DNA of 62,922 nt, counting the filler, from Choristocarpus tenellus KU-1152 (Eukaryota; Protista; Phaeophyceae), in NCBI GenBank assembly GCA_964200185.2. It is 11 parts of 11 records of this genome, joined end to end, with 100 filler letters (N's around TTAATTAATTAA, not from the genome) between each part and the next. Parts side by side here need not be neighbours in the genome. Positions count along the whole stretch, not along the records: positions 1 to 5,199 come from CAXNAD020011531.1; positions 5,300 to 12,453 come from CAXNAD020006609.1; positions 12,554 to 17,639 come from CAXNAD020011926.1; 8 more parts are not named here. One strand, given 5' to 3'. Numbering within the stretch: position 1 is the first letter of the stretch; each line of letters begins with the position of its first letter. Below, piece after piece: positions 1 to 13,165 of the stretch. Made by a program: the position numbers and the translations under genes. The notes below the pieces were generated by a model. The model had not been told where the DNA came from. It worked only from the letters and a program-made list of their open reading frames with translations, and searched no databases.

Positions 1-1857
1 CAGCTCATCCAGAAAGCATTCCGCTTGCTTGCCGAGGCGCCCAAAACTTTCCACCGCAAAGGTGTTGAGGTCAACATCAACAATACAGACATATAAAAAG
101 AGTGTAAGCCTTGTCAGCCTCTACGAACTCCATCAACAATAGTGAGTTGTATATAGTATTATAAAATATTAATGGTAGTAGTAGTATGAACATAAATAGT
201 AAATAATTGTCGAGACTAAACAGAAAACAGAAAACCCAATAAAATCGCACGATCCATACTTATGTCAACATTGCAAGGATAGTCATAGTCAAGCTGATTT
301 CTGGTTCATTATACAGGGTAGAGACACTAGGGATTTTGTTACCATGCCAGCGAAGAAGAAGAGTGGAAGTGCTGCTGATAGTATCGCCCCGTCATCTTGC
401 CGCCATGGCGGACCACGAGCTACAGGTCACATAATGGAGGCAAGGTCACCACGCCGATGGCGAAAAAGCTCAAGCATAGATATCTGTAGACTGGCTGATG
501 CATCCTCCTTCCATCCATATCGAAATAGACAAATCGTGGAATCTACTATGGACCTAGAGTACACTTTGCATCCCAGCAATCTCCAAATGCGACGGGTTCA
601 TATTTTTCACTCTCATCCTGATTGGAAGGGTCCATGTTTTTGAACAAGCGCTGTTTGGGTGTACGAATCCACCCTTCTAGCCCCCTGGGAGGTTATCACA
701 ACATACTCTCCACGACCGCATCCTCTGCGTTTGAACAGAGCATTAATGTCATGATCAATCACAGTGCCTTCACTGTCACTCAAGAGGAGTATGATTCGGC
801 GGGGGGCAATGACTCGGACGTCCAGGTCATCCTACTCAAAAAGATGCAAACTTTTTATCAGCAGCACCCAGAGGTGAGCAAAAATTTGTAGGATACACGA
901 TAATTCCACCCATTAATAGATACTCTATGCTCTTAACACGACATTGATCGTTTCCGTCGATGGGTAGGGTGAGAGGCACTAGGCGCAAATGCCCTTACTT
1001 TGTTGGTTTGTCTCAAGTGTCTACTGCGTGGGGCACTCTTCACTGGTCCTACGCCCACTGCGCACAATGTGCGGTGATTTTCCACGATCTTCTAGGCTAA
1101 GAATTACATGGTGCGCCTAATGACCAAATCCTTGAGCGAATGACAAGTTGGAGAGACTCGTGAATGTGACCACTGCTGCTGACTGCATGTCGAGGTTTAC
1201 TTGGTAACAGGTCGGAACCAAGGGTAGAGCAGTATTAATCACCACAACCACTTGAGGCTGTAATGCTCAAGGACTTCAACCCCTCTACGGGACATGAGAT
1301 TTGGTGGGAGAAGCTTGATGGCTCTCTGGTGGACCTTTATGTTTTTCGAGTCCATTGATGGGAGTTGACCTGTTCCTTAATGTTCAAACCGTGATGGTGT
1401 ATCCATTGGCTTTTTTTAAACGGTTGGCAGTATACCATAGCATAAGAAATGCTTTCTCTGCTGAACGTGTATGACGTTTTTGATAGGAGAGTTTTGTCTA
1501 GCAATAGGAGTACTTTGGGTAGGGATGTGCACACCATGCTAGCCATGCCTGTGTCATGTGAGCTGATGTGAGCTGCACTGTTGATTCGATAAGTCAGTCC
1601 CATGGAGGTTTTTTGGTGATTGAGACCGTACTGTTTGACTTGGATTGATGAGGTACCCACTTCCCCCCCCTTCACCTTTCCCTTGCGTACATATATGCAT
1701 ATACTGCCGTACTACCCACTTTTCTCCCAACCCACCATACCTTGAGGAGTTGTATTTGCCCACCCATGCCCCTACCCATTCCAACCTGCACTTTCCCCTC
1801 CACCTCAACCTCACCTCACTCTCATACATTTCGGGTGTTCCACTTTTTTGTCTACAG

Positions 1858-2802
1858 GCAGCAAATGAAGACACAATCAGGGTCCTTGTGGCCATGGCAG
1901 TGGATGCTCTCCTTGATGCTAACCTCAATACTGCCCGCCAGTTCTACCAGGTGGACTCCCAACCTTCCCCACCTCTAAACCTTGGCTTAACCAGTTTGTG
2001 CAATCAATGCGTTGATTTCCTGCCTTGATATATGTGTAGTCTTTGCCACCCAAAACATGACTTTTTGTGGTTGGAAGGTAATGCATTAAGCAGTTATTTA
2101 TTGGCTAAATATGCCAGAATTGTTTGTGTGTTATCGCCTGAAAATAGTTTTTGAGGGTGTTGTGGCACATTATTTATTTGTCAGTGATGTGTCTTTGAAT
2201 TGGATTTTGTTCCAGCTGGCTTACAATGAACTCTGCATCAGTAGACTTGCTTGATGTAGAGGTCAGATCAAAGGTAGTTTTACAAAAATTGTGTGACAAC
2301 AGAGACATAATTGTGTGAGTTTGGGGAAGAAGTCAAGGGGAGGGTTATTTCCTCAGAGGGATATCTTCATAATGTCTGGAAAGAAAAAATATTATGTACT
2401 TGTTGCTGCTCTCTCTTCATCCCTAACACTGAAGTCTAATTATCCCAGTTGTGGTTCCTGCCCTCCTCTCACGAGTGTGTGTTCGAATACCCGGGCGGCA
2501 TACAAGCTGATCTGGTCCCCCAAAAGTTGAAATATTTAGTGGTGATTATCTCTGGAACTCATTGAAATTGGGCAATGGATGGAAGTGTAGAAAACTTTTT
2601 CCTGGCTCAGAGGAATCTCCTCAGCCTGAACAAGTATCATTCCAAAGATATTTTTTCAAGTTAAGAGTCAGTTGGAAATTCTATGGAAGTATAGTCAACA
2701 AACACACTTGAATTTCGAATGGAAATAGAAACTATTTATTTCCTCCATCTGACTTTCCTTGTGGTAGAGTTGTCCATCATGATCACCATGGCAAGGTCTG
2801 CA

Positions 2803-2833
<31 letters not shown>

Positions 2834-4430
2834 CCTTGAGTTAGAGCTCACAATGTCCCCATAGCCTTATGTTGTTGAATTGAGAATATTACTTGACCTC
2901 ATGACAAAGATACAAAGATTTCGATTTGTTGAGTTTGAGGACTACATTTTGATGGTTGCTTCTAAAATTGAAATAAAAAAAAATCATTTTGTTCCAAGCT
3001 ATGTGCATTTCTGTCTTGTATTCATTTTATTGAAACATTTGTTCCAAGCTATGGAAACAGGAAAGCGTTCTACACTTTTGGTCAATCGATATCATTTTCC
3101 ACACAGTTAAAGCACTTTTTTCTATGTGGAATAAATGTTTGTGAAGGTGTGATTAGTACTTTTTTTCTTAGGTTGTGCGAAGACCCTCTCTCAATGTATT
3201 ACTTGCTACAGACGCAAAACAGCAATTTGGGAAGAAGGGCATTTTTCCTGTTATGACATCACTCAATGTGAGAACCGAGTGCCTTTGAGATGACATCACT
3301 TAAGTGCAATGAGGAACTGACTGAAGTAATCCCCTTTGTGCTGTTGACTGGACTGGGGTTGGGTATCTTTTGACGACACCTTCCCCTCTCCTGCTTCCTG
3401 TAATGATAGACCCATACGTTGACAGAGAAACACAATCAGATCATTTGAATTGTCACGCTTTGCATGCTCCCAAACCCTCCCATTTCCTCCCACTCACCCC
3501 CCATTGTTCGATTGCTTCCTTTCACGTTTTACGTCTTTATAAGGTCGTGTTGTGTCAACCATCTCTTGGGGACACAATCAGAATGCATACTATGGTTTAG
3601 AGCAGGTTCTTTTATTGACATTAAGGGAAGAACAATTTCAAATGATATGTTCCTTTTAAGGTTTAGCTGTGTGATTTTATTGACGTGCAAGTTTTTCTTT
3701 TTTCTTTTTTCCGATTTTCGAAACTGTCAGTCAAGAATCAGGTCCTTCCAACATGACTCTCGGCCGTTACACATGTTACTTGGCTCTTGATGCACCGCCT
3801 CCTCAGGCTGTGCCTTTTTTGCGACTGTTCAAGGACAAGGGGCTGGAGGCCCTGGGGAAAAGTAATTGCAAGAGCCTTGAGGGTGCTGTTGGGGAGGTCA
3901 ATGCTGCTGTGACTGCGGAGGGTATGTTTGAGGCCCTTGAAAAGAGTGTGGGGGACAGTTGTCGGTGCCTGAGTCTCTACACACCAGGTGTACCTCTTTA
4001 TGTTGAGCCCGGGGTGAAGCAAGAGACATACATGGTGAGAGGAAAACACTGACTGGGGGTTGTCCAGACTGAAGTGGGTGTTGGTGAGTGTGTAGTGGTT
4101 TTATGTTTAATTTACTTTTGGGCGTAAGCTGCCCATGATACACCATGATACACAGTATTGTTGACATGATCTAGACCGATATGGGCTAGATGAGACGTAA
4201 GCGAGATTATTGTTTCCACTGTTGTGTGTTAATGAAGGGATTGTACTGTTAGTGGTATGACTAGTCTTGAGTCTTAGGACCTGGGTGACACTTTACGTTC
4301 TGGGGTCCCTCCCTTCTTTTCACTGTTGATTTGTTTTGTATGTTGCCCCCTGTATTGCACCTTACTTGTCATGTCAGTTCTCCTCTTTTGGCCTTGCTTG
4401 TCATGTTCATCTTCCTGTTCCTTGGGTGCA

Positions 4431-4467
<37 letters not shown>

Positions 4468-4611
4468 ACATGCACACATTTACAGAGACGTACCCTCCCC
4501 AAATTCGTCCCTTTGTTGTCAGGACACCCTTGTGAGTTCAATCACCAAGATACCGGTAAAGAAAAATAATCTGTATGGGCTCGACTCACGCATCCATATT
4601 GAGATGCGGAG
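1858..4611 (+). CDS. Partial multi-exon gene, unknown product (exons 1858-1950, ~3742-4034, 4523-4611; probably a missed exon between the first two)
   Basis: Open segments bounded by cag| and |gtg: AANEDTIRVLVAMAVDALL..., GPSNMTLGRYTCYLALD...QETYM, DTLVSSITKIPVKKNNLYGLDSRIHIEMR. Exons 2 and 3 join in phase 0; exons 1 and 2 do not match in phase. No family recognised. Confidence 0.6.
2804..2830. repeat. (AT)n microsatellite
   Basis: Direct reading. Confidence 0.9.
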
Positions 4612-4625
4612 GTGAGAGTGGGTTT

Positions 4626-4682
<57 letters not shown>
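4433..4682. repeat. (CT)n ~4433-4464 and (GT)n ~4633-4682 microsatellites flanking exon 4523-4611
   Basis: Direct reading. Confidence 0.9.
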
Positions 4683-4684
<2 letters not shown>

Positions 4685-5199
4685 CATAAAAGGCATTGTG
4701 CTTGCAGTGTTTTGTTTGTGACATCCAGTTGTTGCTTTTTGGAGTAAGAAGTAAGTGCCCAAGTGTTGCTGGGAAGAGCAGTAGTGTTGGTATTGTAGTT
4801 GTTTAAATTGTTCTTGCCAACAGGAAGAACAGGACTTGATATTGGCAAATGTGGATACAGCTATATGGAAAATAGGAGGGAGATGATGTGTAGTAGGGTC
4901 TCAAACTGTGATAGCTGTGTGGGATGGATCCGCTTTCAAGGGTATGTGAACTAGTGTGATGCATATATCCAGTCAATGCTGTTTTGGTTTGCTGCAGATC
5001 TAATCCTTGCAGATTGATGATGATCGTAATGTCACCTGAAAGCTATTTGCGGGGGGGGGTATGTCACCAATGACACATTTGAACAGTTTGGTAACTGCCT
5101 CACAGACGATTTTCTCACTACGTTACAGTTTTGTTTAAAAAAAGAGGTGATGGAAATGGTATCTGACCCAAAGTATCTGGGGGGGGGGGGGGGTCAAAA

Positions 5200-5299
5200 N
5201 NNNNNNNNNNNNNNNNNNNNNNNNNNNNNNNNNNNNNNNNNNNTTAATTAATTAANNNNNNNNNNNNNNNNNNNNNNNNNNNNNNNNNNNNNNNNNNNN
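5200..5299. other. Artificial contig linker 44N-TTAATTAATTAA-44N (also 12454-12553, 17640-17739, 24271-24370, 28058-28157, 30852-30951, 35234-35333, 41845-41944, 44957-45056, 55418-55517)
   Basis: Ten identical 100-bp blocks with a six-frame stop 12-mer in the centre. Genes and TEs cut at a linker do not resume on the other side. Confidence 0.97.
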
Positions 5300-8200
5300 G
5301 TGAAAGAGTTCAGTCCGGTGATTGTGATTGCCCCCTTGAGCAAAAAATAACTTGGCACCTTTGACACTTTCACATATATTTAAAAAACTACACATCACAT
5401 TTGATGTTGATAGATTACATATAGATATAAATGATGTGGAACTTGTTGATTGGACGACATTCGTATCCAATGATCAACCAATTCTCCATCCATCCATGTT
5501 GTCTCCAATAGTAACTTCTGGAAAAGAAGAACGTGGATATATTTACTTGCTACATCTATTCTATACATACAACTAGTGTATCGAGATAGTATTCCATATT
5601 GTATATATTATACAAACCTAATTCCAAAATAGGATGCTACTACGCCCAACAAAAAATAATTTGCACATAAATTTTTGGAGTTGGTTTTCTTCACAACATA
5701 CAGACTGAAGACACGTGGGGCAAGAGAGATTTGGGAGGGATAGGAGATACCAAATCGCTCTGAATCTATCTGTTGGGTGAGTAAGAACCGTCCTGTCATG
5801 GCAATATCGTCGTGATATATTGTTGACACCCCTCGTATCCTTTGAAATTTAGCTGCGGACCTTAAGAGGAGGAGAACGAATTGAACACCGCACAAGGAAC
5901 CCAATAATGAACATTGTAGAGAGCGATATGTGTGGGGGAGGTGGGAGTGGGGAGTTCAGAGTATGCTTCTCTCGTTTGCGCTAATCCCTTGCGTCTGTGC
6001 CGTTCGTTCTGTGCAGATGCAACAGGGCTATAGGTGCACCATATCAAGAACAGTATTGACATAAATTGCCGATACATATTGCAAACATAAATTACTGCTC
6101 TCGTCAATCCTTCCACACTGTTTCACTCCCCTAACACATGGTCCCGACACGTCTAGGACTAGTGATAATGTGTTAATATGATACGTCTGTAGAGAGTTGC
6201 ATTGGACGTGGCTCGCCCGGTAGCTAGTGTGAAAAGAGGGTCCAAGGTTCATATCTATACCTACAGAGTCATCCTATTCACTCCCAAGAAAATATGCTTG
6301 TTGCTGGTGCTTGCACTATATGTGTTACCAACAGCAGTAGTCTTTTGTACCGCAATGACTTTGAATAATATGTACCCTTTGTCTGTTGCCCTTGCTCTTG
6401 CTGGCCTTTTGACTGATTGTCTGTGTTTGTAACCTATGCTTCTATTTTGACATTTTACAGTTCTCAAGCGGTTATGCAATTTCCTCAATGTTCACCTCCA
6501 GAAATGTACATATCCTAATTGAGATCCCCTCTCCTTCCCTTAATGTAAGATCTGGTTGCTTTACAAGGTGCACACACTTAACCATCTCCTCGAATACCTC
6601 TGTCCCTGTCCCTTGTTTTTCTGCTGCAATGCCCACTATCATTGTCTTTTCTCCTGCTGTTGTCTGGACTGCTTTGTTTTGTACAGCTTGAAGTATCTTT
6701 GAAGAGTAGATAACCAATTGGACCTCTTTGTTGTTCTTGTACGAAGAGGCAGCTTCCGATTACCATGGCTGGAAGGTGGGGTGGCTTTCGGATTGATAAT
6801 TTAGTGGTTGTGTCTTCTTTTATTCTTACCCCCCCTTCCAATCCCATGCCCCCTACATGACTAGAGACTGGGCTTGAATGTGCAGTCAAGTGTAGATTTG
6901 TCCCTGATTTTGAAACTTTGTGACGACTAAATATTCGGAGATTAGTGTGTTCGAATGTTTGTCTGAAGTTTGTACCTAATTCTACAAGACACGATCATTG
7001 GGGATCTCCTATCCTGGACGCAATTTGCTTCAAGGTACAAGTTAAGCTCAGCATATATATTTTTTCTTTACACTTATTCCAGACTGTGAACCACAGTAAG
7101 AACCAAGCCTGTCCAAACCGCCGGCCCTGTTACCGATGTTGCTTTTTTTGCTGTGTTTGGACCTGAGTGTTCTAATCTGTAGCTAGCTGCCCTGGTATTG
7201 TGGGACAACTGTGATTCTTTGCAATACTTGCGCAGTGGGGATGGTGAAAGTTTTGCAACTCATAGCTGTAGTGGGAGGATGAATGTTGAAGATGTTGAGC
7301 AGACACATGCATTCAGTGTATTGCTAGTGTCTTCTTCCCACCCCCCCTCTCCGAACATCGCCTCCTCTGTAGTCTCATTCAAACTCTCTTGTCTGTGTGC
7401 ATGCATGGTCATGGTTGCACTTGAAGCTGCACCTGCCTGAATAGATCATGAAATGGAAAGAGTTCAACACCCCATGGTGCTTTACATTGGTTGTCTGTGT
7501 GTGCAAAGAGAAGAGTAGGTGATGACTCTCTCTTGTTCCATAATATTAACCCTTAATTCTGCCCTGCCTGCTGCAGAGGTTGTGTATGGCTCTGGCAATA
7601 ATACATGAACAAATTCTACAGATACGTATTTTTTGCTGGGTTATAAAATGAAATATGTACATACATGTATGTATTTCCAGGCTTTAGTGCCTAAGATGCC
7701 AATGAATGCTGTCAATTAACAAGACTTGGAAAATGTGGTAATGGTTTATTGCCAACCTCCAGATAAAGCAAGAGTATTTTTTACGAGAGTGTGGTCTCTG
7801 CTTTCAATTGGCCATGGCCTCTTTCCCAGGAAAAAGGAAGTATAATGACCTATGGTAAGGAAGTATGGAGGAATTTTGCATTTTAGTGTGTTGCTGAGTA
7901 ACAGATGATAATGGACCGTAATTGGAACGCAATGGACTATCATTGGGGGCGGTGGGGATCATGTTGAGGTAACCTAGTATGATTTAGTTTAATAAATTTG
8001 TGTATGCCTGAACACTATTGTTGAGAGTGAAATTTGTGAGATACGACAGGTGTGAAAGATATGGAGATGATTGGTCTGTCACCTGATGTGGATTGACCTC
8101 TGCGAGTAAGAGTTAAGCAAGAATAAAAAAAAAGAACAAATGTGATGAGAAACCGCTCTTGTTTTTATTTTTTTTAAGGTTAATGTCGAGGTGAAGCCAA

Positions 8201-8988
8201 GTGATGAATGGGATGATGATTTGTGAATAAGTAAAAAAAATTCTTAGAGAATTGTAGGGTGTTTTTATGCCTGTGGTGTAGGTGTGATACTCTGGTGGTA
8301 CCGCTTCTCCAGGTTATGGAAACTCTCATTTGTCAGTGTGATTAGTCCTTCGGGATGGGCTTACCCTCCCCTCGACAGTCGTATACCACTGCACTGCGAC
8401 CTCTGATGAGTGCACCCTATGATCAACGCACATGATTTATGAAACCCTTTCCCAGACCCTTTTCCGCGTCTGCCGTCACCCTCTTCTGCCTAGTCTCCCA
8501 AGGATAGGGATACTCCTTTACTAATCGTTACCTTAGAACCACTCTGATGTTCTTGCTCTAACTCTCATCGATACCACATGTATCCCCCCCCCCACCCCTA
8601 CAGCTTCTCGCTTTCCAAATCACTTGTCTCGAGAGTCGATCATGAACTTCTAGTCTCAGGACCGACTGTTCCTAGCACAAAAAAAATTAAATTCCAATCC
8701 CCCTCCCAAAAATGTATATTTTTTTCCCAATGTTTCGTGGGAACGGGATAAGAGAAATGGTCCTTTTCAACTTTGGATTTTTTTTCTTACGTGAAACAGG
8801 TCTTAACAACCCCGTTTTATTTTCATCTTCACCCCCTCCACACACAACCCTAACTAATCCTGTAGACACAAATTTGACCTCTCCTGTATGAATCATAACG
8901 CCTCCGTTTCAATCTGCTACGAACCCCGTGCCATAAGCCTAATCCGTGGTTACCTTCATCGTCCCCTTTCTTATGCCCTCTCTCCAAG

Positions 8989-11426
8989 AGTATGGGTGTC
9001 GGAACCTAACGAGGAGCTGCCCGTGCAGGTTGGGGTGGAGGGCATATCGGCTAACAAGCCTTTCACAGTGATGGACTGCTTCAAGGCGGCTGTGGAGGAG
9101 AGAGGGGATCAGCCTGCCCTCAACTACAAGGATGTCCCTGTGGTATGTGCAGAGAGAGGCTTGGAGTGTTCTGTCCTTTGCCGGTCCTGTTGGTGGGCGT
9201 GTGGTTTAGAGTTGGGACAAGGTTTGGGTTCTGTGGCTGTTTTGTGTGTATAGGTGGGTTGTTATGGTTGGGTGTAGATTGTTTTGTTTGTTGATGCTCT
9301 AGGTACATTGCCCCCTGCCGGTGCAGCGGTACCAACGCCTTCATCAATGGGGCTGTCTTGTACTCTGTTCATAGTGTAGCGGGGCGGGGGATGCAAACAG
9401 TCTCCCGGCTGGGTAGGGTCAGGGTAAAGTCTACGCCAGGTTGTCCATTTGGACCCTGACCAGGAGAAGTAAACTCACATTATCCACTCAACACATGTAA
9501 TCAAATCACACAAAAATCGTGGCAAGGAAGAATGGGTCCCAAATGGACAGACGCTACACCTCACGCCAACAACCCCCCCCCCCCCACCCCACGACCCGCC
9601 TACTGCTACATTGCGGGGCGATGTTGTTGTTGNNNNNNNNNNAAAATCGTGGCAAGGAAGAATGGGTCCCAAATGGACAGACGCTACCCCTCCCTCCCCC
9701 CCCCCCCCCCCAGATGCTTTGAGCCTCCTAATGTATGTATGGCAGGTATGTTGCTTTTTGGGAGATATTGGAGATTTTGCTGCGAGTTTTTATGGGGGAT
9801 GGTATGATGGTATGAGCTTAGTTTTCCGGTGGTAGGTGGTGAGCCCATTACACTTCAACTTATTTTTGCAGTAAAACCCATCCTGCACGCAAACCCTAAC
9901 CCTACATATGTTCCCATCCATCCCTACTTTTTATGTGTGTGCATAGAATATGCATAGAGGAATTACTGGGGTGGAGTAGGGTTAGGGTTAAGGCTAGGGT
10001 GCTACCGTTTTTTCAGTGCTGTGTTGGAGCAGAAGGAACCCCTTTTGGTGCTCCTTTGCTTCAATGTTCAGAGTATTGAGAGAGGAGGGTTATGTTGTTG
10101 TTGAATTTATACAGAGGGAGTAAGTAAGGACAAACAAAGCACCGTACAGAAGAGCCTACCCTGGAGATCGAGATGGGGTCATTTCATCCTCTCTAATCTT
10201 ACTTGGTGTGGTTGTGAGTCGCGTAATTGAAGGATCAGGGGTCGGTAAGTGTGTAGTAGATCAAATTGGTAAGAGAGGTAGTGCCTGATTCATCTACCAA
10301 AACAAAAAAAACGAAACGTACACGGAGTTGCATTAACTGCCCCTTGCGAAAGTAATGCAGATATCATTTTTTTGTGTTTTAGTTGCCCTGTAGTGACCTG
10401 TAGACATCCATCTGGCGCTCTGGAGCTTCTGACGTGGCGCTGTATGGTTGTGCTATCCGTTGTTCCGAATGTGGTTTTTGTTTAGTTGGTGGGTGGTACA
10501 CGATGGGAAAGAAATATGGTGTTAACGGTATATGTGTGGAGTTGGTTGCACCGTTGAAGGTAAAAGGCATGTTATACCAACTGTCAATTTTTGAACCCGG
10601 TGGAAATTGAAAAGCTTTCTAATTACATGTGACCCTCTTAGTGCTAGGGCTCTATTTGAGAAGCTGGTCCTATCTGTGCATACTGAGGTAGTGTGTAGGT
10701 ATGATTCATGAAGGACAATTTGATTGTGTGCTTTGTGGAATGATCACATACATGTTGTGAACACGTGGACATAAATGCCTCTTATTGTACCAATGTTTTC
10801 CTGGAGATAATAGGCACTGATTTATGTGTCCGTCAATGTGTTGTTTGAAAGGCTTGTTTTGTTTATGACTGTTGTAGAATTATGTAGAGAGGATGCAGGG
10901 CAGCTATTCCTCAATGTTGCTAAGTTTTTCTATATCAAGGTTTGAAAGGAAGGCTCGATTTGATATCCTAATGTTGGGTGTCATTACAATGGGACAAGTA
11001 ATAGTCTCTGATCCATGTTTCTGTGTTGATATACTTCCCGTCAAATCTTTTTAAAGGAAAATTGCATGCATGGTGGTGAACACCTTTTGAATTTCTTTTG
11101 TCTATGATCTATACCTTCTTTTGTCAGTGTGATGTTTTGTTTCATTGTTGTAGTGTAACTCGTTCTTCTTGAAGTGGTGTGCCTTTTTTTGTAACTTGAT
11201 GTTGCTTCCTTTCTTGTCAATATGATTTTATCTTGTTGATGTTCATGTTGTGTACCTTTTGATGTAGTATGTGTTTCACATACATTGATAAGGTATATCT
11301 CGTTCTCGTCAAAACTGTTTGTCTTATTGTGTCATTGCTGTATACCTTCTGTAAAAAGGGTGAATCTGTGGATGGTGTACCCTGGACCACTCTCTCCTGG
11401 TCCCAGTACTACATGGAGTGCCTGAG
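8989..11426 (+). CDS. Long-chain fatty acid-CoA ligase, ACSBG/bubblegum type, N-terminal exons (~8989-9142, 11359-11426); partial
   Basis: Phase-0 join gives WVSEPNEELPVQVGVEGISANKPFTVMDCFKAAVEERGDQPALNYKDVPV|GESVDGVPWTTLSWSQYYMECL, which matches the ACSBG N-terminal pattern (W..d.Ev.l...g....P.tv...F..av...gd.pAL..k...W..lt..qYY..c). GT-AG sites present. Confidence 0.8.
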
Positions 11427-12019
11427 GTGAGAGGTGACTTTGAGCGTTGTTCAAATGGTTCATCTTGGAACAGTTACTGTTACAGTCAAGTGTCACTCTG
11501 TTGAAGTATCTATCTACAGTTGATAATTACATTTCGTGATTATTATCACTCTTTGTAGTCTTCTGTAATAAGTAATATAGTAATAAAAGTTTTCCTTGGT
11601 ATTGTCTTCTACAATAAATACAATAAATATCGTATTGTTTTCACAAGTGATTAATTTTGTCATAGCAATAATATTACAATTATTTTATCTAGTGTGGTAT
11701 CCTGTTAGTCGAGAGATGGCATTACTGCTTAACCATGTACAAAATTTAAATTTATTTTGTAATGTTTACAAAAAGAAAGTCTTCAAGGATGTGCTATTTT
11801 TTTTATTTTAATGAAAATCTCCAGTGAGTAGTAATGGGTTGACTAAGTAAGGTTAAACTTACTGGTGTGCTATTGAACCTAATTTTAAATTAAACCTAAT
11901 TTTAAACCGGGAGAGCTGGCTGGTTGGTAAGCTCAAGTAGTATTTCACATTCCACCATCTCCACCACTGTCTACATTGTAACCATCTTGTGTAGATCCAT
12001 GGTACTTTTTCCCATGTAG

Positions 12020-12453
12020 AATTTTATATTTGGTTAGAACCTGCGGTGTGAATTCTGAAATATTCTGAAATATAGAACAATAATTTTATATTTGGGTAGA
12101 ACCTGCGGTGTGAATTCTGAAATATTCTGAAATATAGAACAATAATTTTATATTTGGTTAGAACCTGCGGTGTGAATTCTGAAATATTCTGAAATATAGA
12201 ACAATAATTTTATATTTGGTTAGAACCTGCGGTGTGAATTCTGAAATATTCTGAAATATAGAACAATAATTTTATATTTGGGTAGAACCTGCGGTGTGAA
12301 TTCTGAAATATTCTGAAATATAGAACAATAATTTTATATTTGGTTAGAACCTGCGGTGTGAATTCTGAAATATTCTGAAATATAGAACAATAATTTTATA
12401 TTTGGTTAGAACCTGCGGTGTGAATTCTGAAATATTCTGAAATATAGAACAAT
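12020..12453. repeat. Tandem repeat, 62-bp unit, 7 near-identical copies, truncated by contig end
   Basis: Unit aattttatatttgg(t/g)tagaacctgcggtgtgaattctgaaatattctgaaatatagaacaat; period 62 measured from ctgcgg at 12041 and 12103. Confidence 0.95.
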
Positions 12454-13165
12454 NNNNNNNNNNNNNNNNNNNNNNNNNNNNNNNNNNNNNNNNNNNNTTA
12501 ATTAATTAANNNNNNNNNNNNNNNNNNNNNNNNNNNNNNNNNNNNNNNNNNNNATCCTCAATGAAAAGCTCCATCCTCAATTTTTGAAATCGACTGTTAT
12601 TGAGAGTTACAAAATTTTATTTTATTTTAAATCTTGATTACATTTAACTAAAATGACCCATATACTATTGATATTATGAATAGGAACATTTCTCTGACAG
12701 CTCTTTTTGTCATAAGAGTATCTCTTACTTTATTTACTTCATTTTCATATAATTATCCTTCCTTCCTTCCCACCCATACTGTATTATTCCATTCTACATA
12801 AGTATCCGTTCCCCATGCCCCATGCCTAGGTGTGAAGTTGTCTTTGAGTTTAGTTCAATAAAAAAAATATATTGATGTTTTTTTATTTTATTGATATTGA
12901 TAGTGTTAACTATGCCAGAAAGCTGTTGACTTTTAATGTTGAGTTGCACCAGTTAATGCCGCAACATCACACTGCTCTGGTTAGTGGTGTTAGGGTTAGG
13001 GTTAGGGTTAGTGGTGTCAGTGGTGGGTTTTGACAAATTTTCGAATTTTGTCGGCGGTTCTCCTCAAAAGATTCAAACTTGGTTGGAGACCTCTTGATCT
13101 AAGGTATCATCAAAATCATCAGTAGCAGCATCATGTTGTAACATGCTTTTATTTTTCTGATGCAG

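Noticed and set aside
1-900. Coding-like fragments at 1-900, 6400-7050, 33400-34300, 35900-36800, 42400-43600, 55111-55416
   Set aside because: May be decayed TEs or exons, but no motif recognised and frames are broken; needs a translated search.
4519-4848. His-Thr repeat ORFs and other low-complexity ORFs (poly-P/G)
   Set aside because: Translations of (GT)n microsatellite and MITE G/C tracts.
5244-5255. Recurrent palindrome TTAATTAATTAA as a biological site
   Set aside because: Always centred in exactly 44+44 Ns; an artificial six-frame-stop linker.
9514-9690. Internal duplication within MITE B copies across 10-N gaps (also ~41500-41660)
   Set aside because: Most likely unmerged overlapping contig ends.
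12020-12453. 62-bp and 77-bp arrays as CRISPR-like
   Set aside because: Head-to-tail repeats with no unique spacers, no cas genes, eukaryotic context.
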